A stretch of 64,000 bases of DNA. It comes from an uncultured bacterium. Lineage in GTDB: Bacteria > Fermentibacterota > Fermentibacteria > Fermentibacterales > JCC-6. Below the pieces are notes generated by a model. The model worked only from the letters and a program-made list of their open reading frames with translations. It was not told the DNA's origin and ran no database searches. Made by a program: the position numbers and the translations under genes. Shown in pieces: positions 58,729 to 64,000 of the stretch. The DNA lies in NCBI GenBank assembly GCA_965372215.1, contig CBDVBK010000008.1:50-64049 (forward strand), given 5' to 3'. Positions within the stretch are counted from its first letter, which is position 1; every line of letters begins with the position of its first letter.

Positions 58729-58802
58729 TCGAATCCTCCATTCATTAATAACCTGGTACAGAATAGTAAATAATTCAGGCTATGACAATTCCCGGTTATT
58801 GA

Positions 58803-59771
58803 TCAAAAATGAGTATCCTTTCGAATGACAATAATCCTGCCATCGGTATCATCACTAACAAAGATACTGCCTGACCAGTCTACCACAATATCCTCAAGAT
58901 TCTGAAAACCCTCGGCAAAAACGGAGGCAACGCCCTCTTCATCAACAATGCTGATCCTTCCAGAGCCTCCTCCTGTATCCTCTTCAGCAACATACATCGG
59001 AAATGCTCCATCAGCATCGAAGCATATACCTTCACATGCATGAAGCCCACTGCAGAAAACCTTCCAGGATCCATCGGAGGGATCAATTTGAATAACAGAA
59101 GTCGATATGAAACCATAGCCCGATAGTTCATTGCACACATATATGGTTCCGGAGCTGTCTACTGCAATATCTGATAAGCTCCAGAGATAGAGTGATGAGA
59201 AAACAGAACGGATCCCTCCCGGATTTACTTGCCTGACAACTGAGAGAATGGGAAATATTAACCCCGATTCGAGTGATGATTCAGTAATCAGAACACTGCC
59301 GTCCTTCGCGATACCAACTCCCTCCGGGAAAGATAGATCCTCGGCGATAATCTCCATATCACCGGACGGAGTTATTCCAATCAAACGACCTCCTTCGATA
59401 TCCTCTACAATATAGATCATTCCGGATCCGCTAATTGCTATTCCTTCAGGATTCCTGAATCCCTCAGCTATTATTGCTTTATCACCGTTCTCTCTAATTC
59501 TCCAGATGCAGCCGTCAGCTTCAGATACTGCATAAAGATCCCCGGAGGGAGATAGCGCGAGTCCGTCCGCGCCATTCACATCAACACAGAATACTGATGC
59601 TGAATAACCGGCGGGTAACTGTATTTCAGGAAGAGAATCGCCCTGCGCCTGTTCAAATTCCGAAAACAACTGACCGGATGCGGCAAATGAGATAGGAGTC
59701 AGAAGTAAGAGCGTAAACCCGCATAATTCAATCAGAGGATATAAACACAAAGTTAAAATAATCAAATACAT
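58803..59771 (-). CDS. Secreted SMP-30/gluconolactonase/LRE-like six-bladed beta-propeller protein
   Basis: Signal peptide and repeated blade motifs (GLALSPSGDLYAV, GIAISGSGMIYIV, GICFDADG). Confidence 0.55.
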   Translation of the reverse strand: MYLIILTLCLYPLIELCGFTLLLLTPISFAASGQLFSEFEQAQGDSLPEIQLPAGYSASVFCVDVNGADGLALSPSGDLYAVSEADGCIWRIRENGDKAIIAEGFRNPEGIAISGSGMIYIVEDIEGGRLIGITPSGDMEIIAEDLSFPEGVGIAKDGSVLITESSLESGLIFPILSVVRQVNPGGIRSVFSSLYLWSLSDIAVDSSGTIYVCNELSGYGFISTSVIQIDPSDGSWKVFCSGLHACEGICFDADGAFPMYVAEEDTGGGSGRISIVDEEGVASVFAEGFQNLEDIVVDWSGSIFVSDDTDGRIIVIRKDTHF

Positions 59772-60013
59772 TAGAATAGGATTGTATGATATTCTGTTGA
59801 AGTCAAGCCGATAAGAGCTGGAGAGAGATAACTCAGGCTTCTTGACGGCACGGGCTCTCTGTTCTCTATTATATACTGGGTTATTGAATCCATATGATTA
59901 GAATTCTGGAAGAGTGAGAAGCTTGATTTTTGGATATTATAAGTAATGTGCATTCGTAGTATTTAATTGGTTCACTAATTATAGAATGTGAAGGTAGCAT
60001 AATAGATCCTTCT

Positions 60014-61360
60014 TTGAATCTGCTGCTGATTGAAGATAATCTTGAGGATGCCAGATTTATCCGGAAGACGCTGAAAAACATTACTTCGAATCAATTCCAC
60101 ATCGAAAGAGCAGAATCTCTTGATGCCGCATTGAAAAGAATACCAAACGGTTCATTTGATGTAATCATATCTGCCCTTGATCTACCGGACAGCTCATGTG
60201 ATGAAACAACTTTCGAAATATGCAGAAATGCTACAAAGATTCCTCTAATAGTCCTCACCGGACTTGATAATCAAAAGCTTGAACTCAATTGTATTAAAGC
60301 GGGTGCGCAGGATTTTCTCATAAAAAGCAAACTTGATCCGGAAAATCTTTCTCGAGCTATTCGACACTCTATAGAACGAAAACATCTTGACTGGCAGCTT
60401 CGTCTCGCCAGAAGAAGACTGAGAATTCTTCATGAAACAGCTGCAAAACTTGAAACCTGTACAATGAAAATGAAAGCATTCAAAATATCGATAAAAGCAG
60501 CGGAATTACTCTTGAATACAGCCCTGTACCAGATATTCCAGGAACAGGATGGTATTCTTATCACGGTAGCGACTTCTTCGGAGTTGAGTAACAGAATTGG
60601 AAGCGAGACAGATCTCGATTTCGGTCTTACAGGCATGACCTTTACTGAAAAACGAACCTTTCAGTTTGAAAGCCATGATGATAACATACCTGGCAGTATT
60701 ACTGACAATGATGTATTCAGATCCGGACTTACGATTCCGATAGCATCAGAAGCAGTATTCCAGATACTATCAAGAGAGCCGAACGCGTTCACCAATGACG
60801 ACACGGATATGCTTGAAATGCTTGCGGGTCATCTTACAGGAACGATTGATAGAATCACTCTTGAGCGGAAGCTGAGAAATCTTGCTATCCATGATTCTCT
60901 TACAGGAGTATTCAACAGAAATTTCTTCCAGATAGCTATAAGCCGTGAAAAGTTGCGTGCCGAAAGATACAACAGCAGGATTGGATTCCTGATTGCTGAC
61001 ATAGACAATTTCAAACAGATAAATGATCTCTATGGACATCAAACCGGCGACAGAATCCTGAAGGAAGTTGCTGCTTTTCTGAGTATTTGCATAAGAGAAA
61101 CAGATTACCTGATTCGTTACGGAGGGGATGAATTCCTTATTATTCTGATAGAAACAGGACAGACAGCAGTAATAGTACGGGAGAGAATTCTGGATAATTC
61201 ACACCTTGCCGAGGTAACTACAAATATAATCGGTACACCGGTTACACTCTCTATCGGGAACGCTCACTGGGATCCAAATACAGGTATGTCAATCCGCGAA
61301 ACCCTGGTTGAAGCGGATAAACAGATGTACATCCACAAAAGAAACAAACGAATGAAATGA
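60014..61360 (+). CDS. Response-regulator receiver / GAF / GGDEF diguanylate cyclase
   Basis: TTG start; REC domain (LLLIEDN...D); RYGGDEF active site with I-site-like RETD. Confidence 0.82.
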   Translation: MNLLLIEDNLEDARFIRKTLKNITSNQFHIERAESLDAALKRIPNGSFDVIISALDLPDSSCDETTFEICRNATKIPLIVLTGLDNQKLELNCIKAGAQDFLIKSKLDPENLSRAIRHSIERKHLDWQLRLARRRLRILHETAAKLETCTMKMKAFKISIKAAELLLNTALYQIFQEQDGILITVATSSELSNRIGSETDLDFGLTGMTFTEKRTFQFESHDDNIPGSITDNDVFRSGLTIPIASEAVFQILSREPNAFTNDDTDMLEMLAGHLTGTIDRITLERKLRNLAIHDSLTGVFNRNFFQIAISREKLRAERYNSRIGFLIADIDNFKQINDLYGHQTGDRILKEVAAFLSICIRETDYLIRYGGDEFLIILIETGQTAVIVRERILDNSHLAEVTTNIIGTPVTLSIGNAHWDPNTGMSIRETLVEADKQMYIHKRNKRMK

Positions 61361-61372
61361 ACGATTATCCTC

Positions 61373-62179
61373 CTACAGGAGTTTGCTTTTCTGCCATGCG
61401 TTTTCCATCATATCTATGTCAGACTCAGCCAGGGAGCATCCTGATTCCGCCAGAATTCTCTCCATTTCAGTGAATCTTTCAATAAACTTCGTGTTGCTCC
61501 TTCTTAGAACAGCTTCCGGTTCGAAACCAATCAGCCTGCAATAATTAACTATACTGAATAGAATATCTCCAAACTCTATTTTCTGAGCATCTGTATCTTC
61601 GTTTTCCATTGCAGCCTCGAATTCTTTGAATTCTTCAAAGATCTTGTCTTTAGCCCCGACTTTGTCAGGCCAGTCAAAACCAACCTCTGATGCTCGCTGC
61701 TGTATTCTCCAGGCTGTCTGAAGGGCAGGCATTCCGGAGGGAATAGAACTGAAGAAACCTTCTTCCTTCTTCTCTGATGCCTTAATCGCCTCCCACTGTT
61801 TTTCAACTTCTTCGGAGGAAAGATCCTTTCTGTTCATACTGAATACATGAGGATGTCTTCGAATAAGTTTCATGGAAATACCCTTCACAACATCCTCCAG
61901 AGAGAACTTACCGCCATCCTCACAGATCATAGCAGACATAATTACGTGCAGCAGCAGATCTCCAAGCTCTGCTTTCAGAAGATCCATGTCTTTCTTTTCA
62001 ATTGCGTCGGCAACCTCATATGCTTCTTCAAGCATGTAGGGGCAGAGAGATTGCACTGTCTGTTTTCGATCCCAGCTGCACCCCTCAGGACCCCTTAGCG
62101 TCCTGACGATATCGACGAGGAAGTTCATCGCATGAATGAATTCGCTTTCAGGATCAGCCATGAATTGCTCCCTCACCAA
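61373..62179 (-). CDS. mazG: Nucleoside triphosphate pyrophosphohydrolase MazG
   Basis: Tandem MazG EExxE motifs (MLEEAYEVADAIE, EEFKEFEAAMEN). Confidence 0.85.
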   Translation of the reverse strand: MVREQFMADPESEFIHAMNFLVDIVRTLRGPEGCSWDRKQTVQSLCPYMLEEAYEVADAIEKKDMDLLKAELGDLLLHVIMSAMICEDGGKFSLEDVVKGISMKLIRRHPHVFSMNRKDLSSEEVEKQWEAIKASEKKEEGFFSSIPSGMPALQTAWRIQQRASEVGFDWPDKVGAKDKIFEEFKEFEAAMENEDTDAQKIEFGDILFSIVNYCRLIGFEPEAVLRRSNTKFIERFTEMERILAESGCSLAESDIDMMENAWQKSKLL

Positions 62180-63512
62180 AAGCCTCTCCGGCTTCCATGA
62201 ACAATTCTGTAAGAGTAGGGTGAGGATGAATCATCATGGCCAGAGATGACGCACTAATTCCAACATTAACGGCTATAACCGCTTCACCAACAAGGCTGCT
62301 GGCATCAGCTCCCACAATTTGGATACCAACCACTGTATCATCAGATTCACGGGCAATTATCTTTAAGAAGCCTTCTGTTTCGTTCATACTGACAGCCTTG
62401 CCATTAGCTATGTAACTGGAAATTCTGGTCTTCACAGGAATTCCTCTTCTTTCCCATTCTTCCTGAGACGGTCCTACTATGGCGATCTCCGGATTTGTGA
62501 AAATGCAACCAGGGATCATATCGGGATTGACAGAACGCTTTCCGTTCCCGAAGAGATGTTCGACCGCTGTCAAACCTTGAGCGGTTCCGGCATGAGCAAG
62601 TTGCCATTTACCCGTAACATCACCCGCTGCGTATACTCCGGGAAGGTTTGTCATCTGTTTCTCATCCGTTACAATTCCGGATGAAGTGAATTCGATTCCA
62701 GTTTCGAAAAGCCCAAGCCCTTCAAGCTTTGGTTTTCTCCCGATGGATACCAGAAGGCGTTCCGCTGATATCTCAGTGTTACCCGACAGGGTAGCAACTG
62801 TTTTGCATTCATTCACTTCAATGCCTTCAACAGGATTTCCTGTCAGTATTTCCACTCCTGAGCGCTGGAGGGATTTAAATACGACCTGCGTTACATCTTC
62901 ATCAATACCCGGCAGAATGGAGGGCAGCATTTCAATAATAGAAATCTTCACCCCCAGACTGGAAAAGATAGAAGCAAACTCACAGCCGATTACACCTCCC
63001 CCGACGATAATCAGACTATCCGGAAGTGATTCCCAGGCAAGAACATCTCGGCTGGTTTGAACTCCTTCTATCGCGAAAGGACCCGGTTGAATCGGAGCTG
63101 ATCCTGGAGATAGCAGTATACCGCAAGTACTCAGAAGAGTATTTCCAGCAAGAACCTCATTCGGTCCTTTGATGACACCATGCTCTCTGATGAAATCAAT
63201 ACCAAGATTACTGAAATGCGCTTCAATTCCTTTTCTAAGTCGCTTCACTACGAGATCTTTTCTCCTGGCAAGTTTCTCCCATGAGAATGAAAGCTTTCCC
63301 TCAAGCCCATACCGCTTTGCTGATTCAGCATGACGAAGCAAAGATGTACTTGCAACAAGAGTCTTCGTGGGTATGCATCCCCTGTTAAGGCACGTTCCAC
63401 CAAGATCTTCTTCTTCAACGACTGCTACTCGCTGCCCAAGCTGTGCTGCCCTGATTGCGGGGACATAACCTGCGGGTCCTCCCCCGATAATTACAAGATC
63501 GTATGTGTTCAT
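62154..63512 (-). CDS. lpdA: Dihydrolipoyl dehydrogenase
   Basis: FAD motif GGGPAGY, redox disulfide GGTCLNRGCIPTK, and the HPHPTLTE dimer-interface His. Confidence 0.9.
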   Translation of the reverse strand: MNTYDLVIIGGGPAGYVPAIRAAQLGQRVAVVEEEDLGGTCLNRGCIPTKTLVASTSLLRHAESAKRYGLEGKLSFSWEKLARRKDLVVKRLRKGIEAHFSNLGIDFIREHGVIKGPNEVLAGNTLLSTCGILLSPGSAPIQPGPFAIEGVQTSRDVLAWESLPDSLIIVGGGVIGCEFASIFSSLGVKISIIEMLPSILPGIDEDVTQVVFKSLQRSGVEILTGNPVEGIEVNECKTVATLSGNTEISAERLLVSIGRKPKLEGLGLFETGIEFTSSGIVTDEKQMTNLPGVYAAGDVTGKWQLAHAGTAQGLTAVEHLFGNGKRSVNPDMIPGCIFTNPEIAIVGPSQEEWERRGIPVKTRISSYIANGKAVSMNETEGFLKIIARESDDTVVGIQIVGADASSLVGEAVIAVNVGISASSLAMMIHPHPTLTELFMEAGEAFGEGAIHG

Positions 63513-63606
63513 AGGATTTCCTTCTTAATGTTGACAATGCCTGGTGTGACGATTCACCGAACAGGAAATATGATAAGGTATATTTTGGAGAAAGGGTAGG
63601 CTGAAC

Positions 63607-64000
63607 ATGTACATTATTCTGATTCTAAGTTTGTTCTCTCAATCCATGAATATCGACGAACTGTCTTCACAGCTTCATCTTGACACAGGCAATGCTTACC
63701 TCACTCAGGGGCTGATCGAACAGGCTGAAGAGGAATTCCTTCTTGCGCTGGAGCTTAGCGAAGACTGCTATCCGGCACTTCTTGGTCTTGGGAAGGTGCA
63801 TCTCGTACGATCCTCATGGAACATATCAGAAGAATATTTCAGGCAATATATTGAGATCTGCCCTGAGGATTACAATGGTTATTATGAGCTTTCAAACCTT
63901 CTGCTCATTCTCAACACCCCCGAACGCGCTTTGATTATGGCTGACAGCGCATTCCTCAGAGCCCCAACCAATCCTGAGATATGGTTGCTCAGCGGGAGGG
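63607..64000 (+). CDS. TPR-like repeat protein; N-terminal fragment, continues past the window end
   Basis: Open frame 1 from the ATG at 63607 to the window edge with no stop; signal-like MYIILILSLFSQS followed by TPR-like helices. The frame is absent from the ORF track because it is open-ended. Confidence 0.45.
   Translation, partial: MYIILILSLFSQSMNIDELSSQLHLDTGNAYLTQGLIEQAEEEFLLALELSEDCYPALLGLGKVHLVRSSWNISEEYFRQYIEICPEDYNGYYELSNLLLILNTPERALIMADSAFLRAPTNPEIWLLSGR

Noticed and set aside
63743-63934. 63-aa ORF from the track
   Set aside because: It is out of frame relative to a longer open frame (ATG at 63607) that has TPR-like sequence and no stop before the window end.
1-64000. CRISPR arrays, integrases, transposases and toxin-antitoxin pairs
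   Set aside because: No regularly spaced direct repeats with unique spacers were seen; only one short tandem repeat at 49748-49786. No recombinase or transposase-like ORFs were found, so there is no evidence of a mobile island in this window.

Overview
This 64 kb window is gene-dense bacterial chromosomal DNA at roughly 50% GC, with about 54 protein-coding genes, mostly on the minus strand, and no recognisable rRNA, tRNA or CRISPR array. The gene content suggests an anaerobic member of the FCB/Bacteroidota-like radiation. It has two large gingipain-like C25 peptidases with T9SS-type C-terminal domains, tungsten-type aldehyde:ferredoxin oxidoreductase with its ferredoxin, and pyruvate phosphate dikinase. 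It also has TatC with a Tat-signal phosphoesterase, a LolE-like permease, and several 4Fe-4S/DUF362 proteins. Identifiable genes and operons include: ppiB; a YtrA-like GntR/ABC operon; pilD; NUDIX; a GHMP kinase; aor plus ferredoxin; an AlkD-like repair protein; an MBOAT with an SGNH-like partner; DUF72; dinB with a small upstream ORF; tatC; aroB; gpsA; an LpxL/HtrB-like acyltransferase flanked by two DUF362 paralogs; two response-regulator/GAF/GGDEF diguanylate cyclases; ppdK; cobB/Sir2 sandwiched between the two C25 peptidases; two orphan AAA+ ATPases (DUF4143-type and DUF234-type); an acyl-CoA carboxylase operon (carboxyltransferase, biotin carboxylase, BCCP); mazG; and lpdA. The most unusual items are a stand-alone wHTH/GHKL-ATPase/STAS(DUF4325) fusion protein with a palindromic operator inside its own promoter, a Cheo-box-like palindrome upstream of a small-ORF–dinB operon, a ~115 nt near-perfect hairpin insulating that operon, a translationally coupled C25–Sir2–C25 triad, and a 600 bp ORF-free divergent region with tandem iteron-like repeats. 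I cannot demonstrate any single clearly novel multi-gene system from sequence alone; the candidates are listed with tests.
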